Source of the DNA: Psammoneis japonica
Taxonomy: Eukaryota
Length of the DNA stretch: 64,000 nt
Reading direction: 5' to 3'
Assembly (NCBI GenBank): GCA_008632985.1
Contig: QPGO01000039.1
Span: 124,001-188,000 of the forward strand
The position numbers were made by a program, and so were the translations under genes. Of this stretch, positions 1-11,620 are shown in pieces (the stretch's first letter is position 1; every line of letters starts with the position of its first letter). Under the pieces are notes generated by a model that saw nothing but the letters and a program-made list of their open reading frames with translations, did no database searches and was not told where the DNA came from.

Positions 1-319
1 ATTTCTCATGAGGACCATTTTGTGTTGATTGAATAGCTTTTATTGCATCAATAAAGGCGCTCAGGAAACTGCTCGTCATGTTTTCGAGCTTCGGAGGACT
101 TGCAAAGTATCGGTAGGTCTGCACTTCATGGATGCGGTGAAATGAAACTGTGACCTTCTGCAGAACCCCTTGACGTTTGCAGAAGGCGGAAGCCAAGAAT
201 CAAATTTTCGAAATTTTGGAATGTCTCTGCCTCGCTCTGACAGATCTCGTATAAATTAGTCGCATGTGCTGTCACAGATCACTTGCTGGCGCGCGCGGCG
301 CCATGAAACGCTCTGGCTG

Positions 320-1860
320 GTGTGGCATTGCAAGGCAGCACTGGAGCAGCTGATGGTGGAGTCAGAGGTGCTAGAGCAGCTGGACAGCAAGCATTGGAGT
401 TGATGGCATTAGATCAGCTCAGAGACAATGGGGTGGCCAGCATGCAGCACTGTGGAGCAGGTGTGCCAGAGCAGGCAATGCAAAAGAGCTCGGGGGCAGG
501 GCTGGCAAGGCGAGGCAGCCAGCATGCACACAAGAGCAGCAGCACAGGAGGAGTCAGCATCAATGGAGCAGCTGGGTGGTGTTCAAGTTTTTAAGCTGGA
601 AATGGGAACATGAGCCAATGATGGTTTTTCACTGCAACAAGTGGTGCTTTTCTACAAAGAACACACAGGGCGTGAGATCTGTTGCTTGGAGCGATGGTCT
701 TGTGTCTCCCCTTGGTGTTTTTCTTGCCACAACTCTTTTTTTAGCAGCATGGTCACCACTTGGGCACAATTCTGACCCAGCTGACATTTGGAGTGAGCAC
801 GTCTTGCCGCACAAAAATGATGATGGCTCTCTTCCACACCTGGTGAGCTCTCGGGGGTTGATGAAAAGCCAATGTCGCCCACTGCTCTGAGAGCTCTCCT
901 CTTTTCCAAGAGCAGCACACCACACAGTGTGAAAGTTTGTGATCTTTTTTCCTTGCACGCCCATTGCAAAGTCAGTTTCCAGCATCGTTCTTTTGCAAAA
1001 AAGAATGGCCTTGCTTTCATTTTTTTTTGCAGCTTGCCCAGGTTGTCAAAGCATGCAGCAAATCACCGCAAACAACATTCTTGGTTTGGTCTTGAGGCCC
1101 AGAAGTGTTTTTTTGTTGTGAGGTTTTGGTGCCTTCTGCAGCAATCATTCTTTGCTTTGATGCTCTGTGAGACAATGGCAGCGTCAGAGAACAACCATTT
1201 CTCCTCAAATGTGCTGCACACAAATGAAGGCCCTTGACAGACTCATGAGCTTGAGGAGCACTGAGACAGCATTCTGCTTGCATGCACAGTTTCTCAAGAC
1301 CAAGAGGATTGCACTTTTTTTTTTGCTGAGAAACAAGCTCTGGCAGGTGTGCCAGTGCCCGCTTCATCACTCCTGGTGGCTCTGGTGTGTGGCTCTGAGC
1401 ACACCTCTGGTGTGGCTCTGAGCACACATCATGCTCCACACCACCAGAGTCACCTGTGTGCATGTTTCAATGGCGCTTCTTCAGCTGCCAAACTTTTGCC
1501 TTTTTTCACAAAGAGAGCCAACTTGCTTCTTGCAATGGCGAGCCATGGCGCTGCTGGCCCCTCAAACAAAAGGTTTGCTGCTGGTGCCTGCTGGTGCCAA
1601 GGTTTTCAAAAAAGGAAAAGCATGCAAGTTTGCAGTTTGCAGGCAATGTTGGCCTTGCATGGTCCCAGGCAACCAGATGTGTGGGGCGTTGTGACACAAA
1701 AAGAAAAGCCTGTGAAGCTTGTAGCGATGTTTCAAAGGCTTGACGGGAAAACCGTTATCTCAACGGATCTCAACGGACAATTGACGGTTGCAACGGCCGG
1801 TCGTGAAAACCGAAAGTTCAATCTTCCGACAGCAACCTACAGCCCCAGACGGCATAAAGG
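320..1860. mobile_element. Degenerate repeat/transposon remnant (TpA- and CpG-depleted), possibly ending in a DNA-transposon terminus near 1861
   Basis: Many overlapping Tyr-less, Cys/His/Trp-rich ORFs with no coherent product and very few TA or CG between 320 and 1730. Unmutated 3' edge has a tandem tctcaacgga repeat and ends ...ggcataaaggg|taa, weakly like a piggyBac CCCTTT terminus. Confidence 0.45.
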
Positions 1861-2159
1861 GTAATCATCAACAGCCCAATGTGACGTCAAAAATGAACCC
1901 AGACGTCATTGTGCAAGCATACCACTTCTACATGCCGTTGAGTCTAGTTTGGTATATTATAGTATATATTCGTTTGATGTTGAAGAAAGATGCATGAGCG
2001 ACCCACATTCTGCTGTAGTAGTAAAAGTTCGCAGAAGCGGCGAAAGGAAACCGACCATGAGCTGAGTGTCTGTCTTTTTTTTTCCCGGTTAATCGACGCT
2101 TTGACAGACACACCCAGCGAAATTCATCGTTAAGCAAATTGGGACGCAACAACACGAAA

Positions 2160-4649
2160 ATGTACCGTAGTGCTTATGGTCGAACGCTCAGAGTGCTGAA
2201 GACGATCCTTGTGGTGTTTTTTTCTTCCATACTAAAATGGCGAGGACAACTACCTTCCTTGTTTGCTGCAGCTGATGTTGTTTGTAATGACACCGCAGAA
2301 TGCGAGGCTTTGCTTTTGCCAGGATCAGAATGCATTGATGGGCACTGCAGCAATCCCTTTCAGAAGGGAGGATGTTTGAAGAACATGCTGCCGGGGTGGA
2401 CACAGCTTCGAGTCTGCAATTCCGACGATCCTCCGGAGGCGGTGAATGCAGGATTCTGTCGAATGCAAAACTCGGGTTTGGATTACATGGAGATCCTCAT
2501 TGACAGCCAGAACTGGGAGTCCGTCTTTTTTCAGGCGTGGATTCTGCAGATACTGCTGACTGAAATTCTCCATGTCCCAGCCACTATTGAGACCGGGACA
2601 CCCAATGTGAAAATGGACCTCTACGACGGGAATAACTCTTTTGGTTACGGCAATGCGAACGATTTTGATGCTCTAAAGACCGCTATGGTCTATGAAGACT
2701 GTAGAAATGTGATACAGGACCCAAATGGAGAATACAAGGCGTGCACACATGTTATTCCCGAAGTTTGGACAGGGCAAACGGCAAATTTAAAGCGGCTTGA
2801 ACAAGAAGGAATTGTGGAAAGTCCCGAAGGGACGGGCATGTTGGGACAGCAACATTGGTTCATACCAAGGTTTACTGGCGCCCGTGATCCGACGCTACTT
2901 TCATACCTTGGTCTGTCAGGAGAGCAAAATCGACGGAAGTTAGCCGCGACTTTTTTGAGACCAACCAAGTGGAAGGATTATTGCGATTTGGTATCAAAGG
3001 ATAATTGCCAGACAGATGACGGTGTTTCCCGTCGAGCACCTATTGACGACAGTGAGCATAATCGCTACTTTGTCGAAGGTGTGTACACCGGGCACTTTCG
3101 CGCAACAGACAAGAACGACTGTGACAAAAATCCAACTAACTGCACCGGACATATCGTTGACTACCCCTGTGGCTGGTCAAGTTTTGTCAAATCTCAAACC
3201 CATCATCTCAATATCGCCTTGGAGAGTGATGGAGATGAGCCCCTCTCTAATGGATACACTTACTCGAGTATGGTTGAGATATGGTCCGCTGCGAACGCTA
3301 CGAAATCAAACCTGATGGCATTGTGGTGGACACCCGAAGTACTGTACCAAAAATATTTGGGGTCAGATTCAGAGCTTCTGAAAGTGAACTTACCCCCACC
3401 AACGCAAGATTGTATCGAAGCGAGAATAGATATGTCAAAAAGATGTACATCGTCAGATCCGTTTGATCAATTCGGTGAACCCGTAGGAGCATGCGACGAT
3501 ACCCCGGCAGTGCTGCAAAAGGTCATGGCTGCAAGCCTATTCGATTCTACGTACGACCCTTTGATCCCAGATGCCCTCCGAAGTCCTGGGTATGATGCAA
3601 TAAAACAGTTCAGCATCTCTGCGCTTCAAATAGGAAAAATGTATGACTACTGGATTGAGCGACAGACTGATACGTGGAACTTTGATCCACGTTATGCCGC
3701 ATGCAAGTGGGTAGTTGAAAACCTGGATCACGTCAATTCTTTCGTGCCTCGGACTTATCCTCGCGTTGTCCGAGAAGAGGCAAACAGTGACCCTATTTTC
3801 TACTCCGCGTTTGTTTTGGCGGTTATTGCCGCTCTTCTCGTTCTCATTGTGGCTGCATTGACATATCGACAACGCAAGCGCAAAGTTATGAAATACGCAC
3901 AAGTCGAGTTCCTTTGGTTGTTGTTGGCCGGTCTTTTGCTGGTGTCGCTGGGTGCACTTATCCTTGCTTTCCATCCAACTGATGCTTCCTGTGTTGCTAC
4001 CATCTGGCTGCTTGGCATTGGGTACGCCTTGGAGCTTGTCCCACTTGCGGTAAAGATAGCAGCTATCAACCGACTGATGCAAGCAGCCCGGAAGTTGAAG
4101 CGTGTTGTTTTGAAACGCAGGTCTCTTTTTGGGGCAGTGTTACTCATTAGTACGGTTATCGCTATCTTTCTGGCGTTGTGGACGGCGCTGGATCCACCCC
4201 AAAGAACCGCCGAATACGAATTGACGAACAAAATGACAGAAGAAAGGGAGACCGTTGTGTCCGTAAGCTATTACTGCAGCTCAGATTCCATGGTGTGGAG
4301 ATTTGTCTTCGTTGGGTGGAATTGTCTGTTGTTGATGTGCGCGAGTATTCTGGCCTTTCACACACGGAAAGTACAAAAGAGTGTCAATGAAACGCACACC
4401 CTGGCAATCTTGATCTATTCCCATTTCATCTTTGTCGTTCTACGCGTCGTTCTTTTCTTCCTCGAAGAGTCTTTGAAGGTGTCAACTCTTGAAAGCATAG
4501 AGAGTTTGATCTTCAGCTTGGACACGATTGCAACGGTTTTTATTTATTTTTTCCCCAAGTTGGTTTCTAAAGATGATGAAAATCGCGAGGGAACCGTCAC
4601 GAAATTTCAGAAATCCGCCACTGCGCGAACGTCGTTAAGCGATTCCTAA
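2160..4649 (+). CDS. Class C (GABA-B-like) GPCR: Cys-rich N-terminus, periplasmic-binding-like ectodomain, 7TM_3 domain
   Basis: Intact ORF, first ATG at 2160. Ectodomain motifs include NWES..QAWILQILLTEIL, PEVW and YPCGWS. Seven hydrophobic helices with class C features (KYAQVEFL, C..TIWLLGIG, KIAAINRL, C in ECL2, NET). Confidence 0.85.
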   Translation: MYRSAYGRTLRVLKTILVVFFSSILKWRGQLPSLFAAADVVCNDTAECEALLLPGSECIDGHCSNPFQKGGCLKNMLPGWTQLRVCNSDDPPEAVNAGFCRMQNSGLDYMEILIDSQNWESVFFQAWILQILLTEILHVPATIETGTPNVKMDLYDGNNSFGYGNANDFDALKTAMVYEDCRNVIQDPNGEYKACTHVIPEVWTGQTANLKRLEQEGIVESPEGTGMLGQQHWFIPRFTGARDPTLLSYLGLSGEQNRRKLAATFLRPTKWKDYCDLVSKDNCQTDDGVSRRAPIDDSEHNRYFVEGVYTGHFRATDKNDCDKNPTNCTGHIVDYPCGWSSFVKSQTHHLNIALESDGDEPLSNGYTYSSMVEIWSAANATKSNLMALWWTPEVLYQKYLGSDSELLKVNLPPPTQDCIEARIDMSKRCTSSDPFDQFGEPVGACDDTPAVLQKVMAASLFDSTYDPLIPDALRSPGYDAIKQFSISALQIGKMYDYWIERQTDTWNFDPRYAACKWVVENLDHVNSFVPRTYPRVVREEANSDPIFYSAFVLAVIAALLVLIVAALTYRQRKRKVMKYAQVEFLWLLLAGLLLVSLGALILAFHPTDASCVATIWLLGIGYALELVPLAVKIAAINRLMQAARKLKRVVLKRRSLFGAVLLISTVIAIFLALWTALDPPQRTAEYELTNKMTEERETVVSVSYYCSSDSMVWRFVFVGWNCLLLMCASILAFHTRKVQKSVNETHTLAILIYSHFIFVVLRVVLFFLEESLKVSTLESIESLIFSLDTIATVFIYFFPKLVSKDDENREGTVTKFQKSATARTSLSDS

Positions 4650-4865
4650 TTTTAACATCCATGCATCACTAGAATTTTTCTCTGAGTCAAGAGAGGACAG
4701 ACAGCAATGCACCTCAGCCTGGTTTCACCCATTTGAGAATCATTCGCTGCGCAAATCCATTCAATGAATCAAACCGAGATTTCAGAGTCTCAGAGTCCAT
4801 GTACATGCCCAGGCTAAAGTGAAATCAAAGCTGAGGACAGAACAAGATCCACACTACAAAAAAAT

Positions 4866-7800
4866 CTATATGTAATGCGACTTCATAAATCGTTCGACGG
4901 CCGATATTCCGCGCTGCCGCTCCTCTTCAATTGCCGCCTTCAGGTCTTCCATTGTAACGAAGCGAGACTTTGTAGCTCTCAAAGCGGCAGATGCCGCCCC
5001 TCTGTATACTGCGTTCCCAATTTGAGTACAGTTTAGCTCATCAGATGCCCTTGCTAGCTCACCAAAGTCCAGCGACCTAGTTGGCAACGTGTCTTGGACA
5101 AATTTCTCCCACAATTTCTCTCGGCTTTCCCGATTCGGAAGGCCAAAAGAAACAGTAAACTTAAGGCCATCAAGTAGCCCCTTCTCCAAGCGAGACACGA
5201 AAAGTTCAAGTGAATCCGTGACATCAACAAGCAAAACGACAACACCGGGAAAACGCATCATTTCGCGAACGACAAGGTTGAGCAACCTTGAATCCTCTGC
5301 GGATGATGCGCTGCGCTGTCCTTCATTGGAGATACCGCCTAAAACGAGAACCGCGTCCATGAGCCGTGCCTCTTTGAAGCATTCTCTCACAACAGCTGCA
5401 TTCGCTTTGCCCGTTTTGCCAAGGAGCTGAGGAAGGTCGACGATTTTCAAGGGCTTGCCCAACTCAAACCCGATAGCCGCCGCTGCACCTTGTTTTCCGG
5501 ATCCACGGGGTCCCCAAAACAACGCGGTAGTTCCTTGACGGTCACGCATTGAATCGTCAAATCCCCATGTGTGGAATAGCACACTGCGGGCTTTTTCGAT
5601 GTCCACGATAGCTTTCAACTTCCCCATTAATTGATCACTTACAATGATTTCATCGAGACCTGACATCGGCACAACTCTTTCGTCAAAATCCACCATTTGC
5701 AGTGCCCCTCGCATCTGCTTTTTGCAGCCCTCGATGATATCAATCTCTGCAATCCTTGGTGATAGTGGATCCCGCCCGACAGCTAGTTGTAATGCAGATA
5801 TGACAGCATTCTTGATGAAACCACCTGTGAGCTCATATTTGAGTGCGATCGCATCCCAGTCAATATTGTTCTCGCACGGAATGGCCTCATGAGAAGTGAC
5901 AACTCGCCATATCTCGAGCCTCTCGACATGATTAGGCGGCTTAAACTCAAAGACCTCGGATATCCGACGAAACATGCTTTCATCCAGATCGAAGGGTCGG
6001 TTTGTTGCAAGCAGGCAAATTCCCTCAAATTGTTCCATTTGCGTCAGAAGTTCTGTGAGATGGGACGAGCCGCCAGAGTCTCGTCTCATAAACAGTGTCT
6101 CGCACTCATCGAAGAACAGTATTGCGTTGCTGAGCTCGGCTTCTCGGAAAACGGACTGGTACGATGAATAATTGGTTGCCTGTTCCGTTAGACGAGGAAA
6201 GTCCACTAGAAGCAGCTTTTTCCCAACTTTGGCTGCCAAAGCATTTGCCATCATTGTCTTTCCCGTGCCGGATGCTCCAGCAAACATAAGCGTAAGACCG
6301 ACACCGTAAGAAATGATTTTGTCAAAGCTACTTTGCTTTCTGTACCGAAGGAATTTATCAAAATTCGCCGTAGATGATATAATTGCTTCTTTGAGGCCCG
6401 GTGCCAGTATCACCGAGTTAATATCGACAGTGGGATCGTAAAGGTACGACCCCTGAATAACCTCTGTTGACTCTTTGTCTAGACCGACAATACAATCCAG
6501 CACTCGTCTGTCCAGCTGCACCTCGAAGTCTGTCAAGTCCGATGCATTGTAGGTTTCCGAAATGCGAATTAAACCCTTTTCCATCATTGTTGCTCTTCGA
6601 TAGAAATACGTTCTTGCAGCTACTTGTTCGGCAACAGACTCGCAAAACACTTGAAGCAAATCTCCCACAGAACACTTTGTGTTCGAACCACGGAACGATT
6701 CATTGGCAATGCTCGACTTGAATAGAGGGCTTATCATGGAGCCACATAAATAAAGCAGCACCGACTTTTCGAAAGATTCAAGAGAAAGCTGAGCAACAAG
6801 CTCTTCGAGACGAGGATAGAAAATACCTTCCTTCCGCGTCAGTTCCAGGCTCGCTTCAATCTTTCGCTGCGATAACTTATGTTTGGCAGAAAGCTCACCG
6901 ATAGATTGCTTCTTGCCACCACCGTCACTTCTCAGCCATCGAGACGGAGCTTCCAACGATGCCTGCTTCAGATCCCGCTCCAAGCGTTGATTTGAAATCT
7001 GTACCTGAAGCATAATCATCGAGAGTTGGTCCGATAGATAATCAAGTTCACACGTATACGGCCTCGGCTCGCGATCATTAATTTCTTGCTCAAGCTTCCC
7101 CTCCTCTTCCACTCCATCATTTGCATTCACACTTGCAACACCCGTTGAATCAACATCAGCATTGTCTGTTCCAGGCTCTTCCATTGCTAGATCTTTAAGC
7201 ATTTCCTGTATGGCTTTTTCAGTTGATTTCTTTTCGTCCTCTGGCGTCCCTTTGGCGCTCCCTGACCTTAGCGATCTGTTACTATCCGAGTCTAGACTAC
7301 TCTCATGATCAAGAATATTTTGCAGACGCGTTCCAGCCAGTTTAAGCCTATCTTCGGAACTAAGCGGCGCCCCAAGTAGTACGCGACAAACCTCATCGGG
7401 GACTTGAAACTTGAACTCTGATCCCAATACGTCCTCATCCAGCTGTCCAATGATCCTGTCTCTGACAAGCGGTCGAGTGTCATCCATGATGCAGTTCATT
7501 TGCAACTGACTAAGACAGCAGACGTATTGAACCAAAGAGCACCGACACTTGTCTTGGACCAATGGCGTCTCGGCATGGTCTTCGGATGGTAGCAAGGAAC
7601 GAAGAAGAGGCGACTTGGTAATCTTCACTGTAGTTATGAACCGAAGTACGTCAAGCTCAGAATCTGTCATTTGGTATTCCTTTGCTACTCTTGCCAAGGC
7701 CAGTACACTACTAGGTGAGTCTGATGCGCTATCCGTCGTGGTCTCATCAAGATTCAAGAATAACAATGGTTCAATCTTTTGCAAGAGCTTCTCAAGTGTG

Positions 7801-8339
7801 TTTCGTCGTCTGTTGAGCACTTGCATCTTTTCTGTATCATTTACTCCAGATTGGGACACTGGCACCTGACTGGTCGCATGCAACGTGCCTGGCAATTGCT
7901 TTGGGTAAAGGGTGCTACTAGTAGCCATTTCCGATACAGTACGGAGAAGAAAAAGGCGTAGAATGAACGTGTGCTCCACTCTCTGCCAGTAAGCTTCATC
8001 TGACGTGGGCATCTCTAGCACTCCATTGCGGAATTCCTCGGTGTCAATGTCGTTTTCCAATAGACATGCTATTACTTCGTCGTCCATTAAAGAATTTTGA
8101 GTCGTGTTTCGGATGGCATCAATTGCGTCCAAAATTCGCCTCATGTCTGGAACTCTCGTCACGCCCAAATGCTTCAAATCATCTCGATTGAGAATAAGGA
8201 GATCACGGCCAACGATTTGTTGTTGTTTGAAGTTGTCGGTGATGGTGGAGAGCGATGATATGCCTTCAATCGTTTCCAGAAACGACAACACATCGCTGGT
8301 GCCCCATTCGAGTGGGTCCGAGGTTACATTTTCACTCAT
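4866..8339 (-). CDS. SAM-domain protein with two AAA+ ATPase modules
   Basis: 1157-aa ORF. N-terminal SAM (W..DV..FL...F..QQIVGRDLLILNRDDLKHLGV). AAA1 has Walker A GASGTGKT, Walker B ILFFDE and sensor LATNR...RR. AAA2 has GPRGSGKQ with a degenerate Walker B (LVLGG). Confidence 0.85.
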   Translation of the reverse strand: MSENVTSDPLEWGTSDVLSFLETIEGISSLSTITDNFKQQQIVGRDLLILNRDDLKHLGVTRVPDMRRILDAIDAIRNTTQNSLMDDEVIACLLENDIDTEEFRNGVLEMPTSDEAYWQRVEHTFILRLFLLRTVSEMATSSTLYPKQLPGTLHATSQVPVSQSGVNDTEKMQVLNRRRNTLEKLLQKIEPLLFLNLDETTTDSASDSPSSVLALARVAKEYQMTDSELDVLRFITTVKITKSPLLRSLLPSEDHAETPLVQDKCRCSLVQYVCCLSQLQMNCIMDDTRPLVRDRIIGQLDEDVLGSEFKFQVPDEVCRVLLGAPLSSEDRLKLAGTRLQNILDHESSLDSDSNRSLRSGSAKGTPEDEKKSTEKAIQEMLKDLAMEEPGTDNADVDSTGVASVNANDGVEEEGKLEQEINDREPRPYTCELDYLSDQLSMIMLQVQISNQRLERDLKQASLEAPSRWLRSDGGGKKQSIGELSAKHKLSQRKIEASLELTRKEGIFYPRLEELVAQLSLESFEKSVLLYLCGSMISPLFKSSIANESFRGSNTKCSVGDLLQVFCESVAEQVAARTYFYRRATMMEKGLIRISETYNASDLTDFEVQLDRRVLDCIVGLDKESTEVIQGSYLYDPTVDINSVILAPGLKEAIISSTANFDKFLRYRKQSSFDKIISYGVGLTLMFAGASGTGKTMMANALAAKVGKKLLLVDFPRLTEQATNYSSYQSVFREAELSNAILFFDECETLFMRRDSGGSSHLTELLTQMEQFEGICLLATNRPFDLDESMFRRISEVFEFKPPNHVERLEIWRVVTSHEAIPCENNIDWDAIALKYELTGGFIKNAVISALQLAVGRDPLSPRIAEIDIIEGCKKQMRGALQMVDFDERVVPMSGLDEIIVSDQLMGKLKAIVDIEKARSVLFHTWGFDDSMRDRQGTTALFWGPRGSGKQGAAAAIGFELGKPLKIVDLPQLLGKTGKANAAVVRECFKEARLMDAVLVLGGISNEGQRSASSAEDSRLLNLVVREMMRFPGVVVLLVDVTDSLELFVSRLEKGLLDGLKFTVSFGLPNRESREKLWEKFVQDTLPTRSLDFGELARASDELNCTQIGNAVYRGAASAALRATKSRFVTMEDLKAAIEEERQRGISAVERFMKSHYI

Positions 8340-8519
8340 GATGCCTTTTAAGAGACACCGATGGAGTGGACTTTATGGGGTGTGTGCGCGCAAAGTCATG
8401 ACGATCGCCAGCAGGACAAAAGTGCCGCCGCCATTGTGGATCTCGAGAAAGTTGAGGGAGCATCATACGGAGCACAAAACCCAAAACTTTGTGCTGCCGC
8501 CCTTCACAAGGGCTCTACG

Positions 8520-11500
8520 ATCGTCTGTCCTTGGTGGAGGGCAGACAGACGGATGGGGAAGAGCAAATTTCATGTGGGAGGAACATTGTGCAAACACCTG
8601 GCCACTTGCCATCATTCACAATGGGGTCATCTCAGCAGCAGAGTCACAAACACCCCTTGGAAGAAGTGGGTTCATCCTTGCTCCAGCACCACAGGCACCC
8701 CTGGCTCTTCTGCTTTTCTCCAAAAGCCTGCCTGCCTGCCTCAGCCTCTCACTGGCATGGCTGGCTGGGGAGGGGGCAGTCATGAGAGATGAGCCAGAGA
8801 ATCATTGTCCAGTGGAGTCATCACTTTGAAGGTTGTTTTCTAGAAAATTGATGCCACAGGTGATGCATCAGCAGGGTTGGTGGTGGTTTCCAGTGAGACA
8901 AGCTCATTTGCGGCAGGCAGGCTTGGTTGGCTTGCAAGTGAAGCGCAACGAGTGAAAATGGGGCTTGCATCAAAGAAGAATTTGGCACCTCACATGTGAG
9001 GTCATGACCTGTCAGAGCAGTGACAGCTGAGTTGATGATGGATGCAAGCCTCTCTACAGGCCAGAAACAGCAGCAAAAACATGTGCGCCAGCAAGAAAGA
9101 GTGAGAGAGTGTGTGCCTGGTGTCAGCTGGCATGACAGTCTGTGCACACCACTGGGGGGGGGGGCAAAAGGCATGGGTCACCCCTGCCAATTAAAGTGCT
9201 GCTTCTCTTGCATCAAGCTCATTTGGAGGACAAAAATGGGGAAAGCATGCAGACAAAAGGAAGAGGGGGGGCGTCATGCGCCACAAGAGAAGAAGCCCCC
9301 GTTTGCTCTGCTGCTTGCTTGGTGCTGCCGATGTCATGGTGGGACCCCCTCTCACTGCATCTGCCCAAGACACCCATCATGCAACAACAATGGTGTGCCA
9401 GGTGCCAAAGAGCAAGCAAAAATCTGGTTGCCCATCAACCCAGAGAGCCAGCACATCAGACTCAACAGAAGACAAATGATGTTCTGTGCTTTTGGACACT
9501 CCTCTTGCAGAGAGAGGGGCACCCTTCTCCCCTCCCTCTCTCTCCTCTCGTCTCAGGTGGTTGAGACACAGCACAAAACCATCCAAGAAAGAAGTTCCCA
9601 AAGAAGTCACAGTTGGTGACAGGGTGTGTGAGCAGTGAAACACTGAGCCACCGGAGGAGATTTGTGTGTGTGTGGTGATTTTGACTGCGATTGAAGTTGA
9701 TTTGGAAGTTTTCACNATCTGATGAGAGTTGCCGCCAGATCGGCAAGCGCGTGAGATTGAATGGCAGACTGACAAACATGACCTGCAATTTTCTTGAATG
9801 GACTGTGGAGATTTGAAAAAATGGTCACACTTGGCCTGTCCTTCCATGTGCTCACAAAACTTGCGCAGGATTCTACGCACACAATGTTGTGTGGGGCGAT
9901 GCTGAAATGGCAGTTGTGCCAATCAGGCCTCATTCAAATTTGTGTGAGGCCAATGCAAATGGCACTTTCATGATGATGATGCAGCGGCGGTGTCTTCAGT
10001 GCATTCCTGCAGTCACACCACAGTGTGTGCTTCTAGATGTGACAATGTGTTGGAAAGTTTGAAAGAGATCTGTCTCATTGGTGGCGTCTCTGATGGTGTT
10101 GTTTTCAACATCAATTTATGGACTGGCTGTTGTGGACTGGACTGTTGTGGAAGGGCTGAATGTTGCAGCACTGGTGGCAGCAGGAGCCTTTTGCTGCTTT
10201 TGCACTGGCAGTGGTTGGAGCCTGTGCACTGCTGTCCTTTTTATCTGGCGGCAGTTGGTGCCCCTGCATGATGCTGGTGCTGGTGGTGGTTGGAGCTTTT
10301 TTGCTGCTGGCCAGTGGCTGCAGTGGGAGCCCATGTGTCACTGCCACTGCAGCACTGGTGGTGGTGGGATCCTGTGTGCTGCTAGCACTGGAGGTGGTTG
10401 GAGCCTTTTGCTGCTAGAACTGGCAGCAGCAGTGGCCTCTGTGCTGCTGCTGTGGCACAGGTGGCTGTGTGAGCCTGTGTCCTGCATGTTTGCCAGCATT
10501 GGCGGCGGTTGGAGCCTGTGTGCTGGTGACCATCGAGGCATTTGGAGCCTTGTTGTGTGGTGTCGGTGGGCACCCTGCATGCTGTTGGGACTGGTGATGG
10601 TTGGAGCTTTTTTGCTGACAGCCTGTGGTTGCAGTGGGAGCCTGTGTGTCACTGCCAGCACTGGTGGCAGTGTGATCCTGTGTGCTGCTGGCACTGGAGG
10701 TGGTTGGAGCCTTTTGCTGCTGGCGCTGGTGGCAGCAGCAGCCTGTTTGCTGCTGCTGCAGCGCTGGTGGTGGTGTGAGCCTGCATCCTGTGTGTTTGCC
10801 AGCATTGGCGGTGGTTGGAGCCTGTGCACAACCATCTTTTTTATCTGGTGGCGGTTGGCACCCCTGCATGATGCTGGCACTGGTGTGGCAGTGGGAGGCT
10901 GCATCCTGCACAACTGCTGGCACTGGCGGCGGTTGGAGCCTGTGTGCTGCTGTCCCTTTCATCTGGTGGCAGTGGGTGCCCCTGCATGATGCTGGCACTG
11001 GTGGCAGTGGGAGGCTGCACCCTGCACAGCTGCCAGCGCTTGCAGCGGTTGGAGCCCGTGCCAGTGGTTGGCGCTGGAGGCGGTTGGATCCTTTTGCTGC
11101 TGGGGCCCCAGCCTGCGCTGTTGGCACTGGAGGTGATTGGATCCTTTTTGTCTGGAGGCTGTGTGATGCTGACCATTGAGGTGGTTGGATCCTTTTCATC
11201 TGGTGGCGACACCTGCCCCTGCATGGCTGCAGGCACTCGTGGTTGTTGTTGTGGAGGTGGGAGCTCGCGCACAACCGCTGGCGCACTGGCGGCGGTGGGA
11301 GCCTGTGCACTGCTGACTGGTGTGTTGAGGCGGTTGGATCCTTTTTATCTGGCAGCTCTGGTGGTGGTGGGAGCCTTTTTGTTTGCTTGCACAGATGGCC
11401 ATGTGGTGGTGGGGTTGGAGCCTGGTCGCTGCTGGCACTCGTGGTGTGGGAGGCAGCCTTTGTGCCCCCCTCCTGCTGATGGGGTGGGAGCCTTTTTGCT

Positions 11501-11620
11501 GCTGACACGGGCAACAGTTGGAGTGTTTGTGCAATGCCAGGTCTGGTGGTGGTGGGAGCCTTTTTACTGCTAGCACTGGCAGTGGTTGGAGCCTGTGCAA
11601 CACACCAACCGTCGGCGGCG
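8520..11620. mobile_element. Degenerate repeat domain (TpA/CpG-depleted), element identity unresolved
   Basis: Dense nearly Tyr-less spurious ORFs, TG/CA-rich composition, one N near 9716; contains the tandem array listed next. Confidence 0.55.
10150..11600 (+). repeat. Degenerate minisatellite of ~30-40-bp units (core gcactggYggYggttggagcc) with a ~305-310-bp higher-order period
   Basis: The ggttggagcc/gggagcc/ggatcc core recurs more than 20 times. Matching blocks at about 10290/10601, 10397/10704 and 10510/10815. Confidence 0.8.

Noticed and set aside
8104..8829. 241-aa plus-strand ORF
   Set aside because: Antisense shadow of the AAA gene extending into stop-poor repeat DNA.
10150..11600. 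CRISPR array
   Set aside because: Degenerate units without unique spacers, eukaryotic context and no cas genes.
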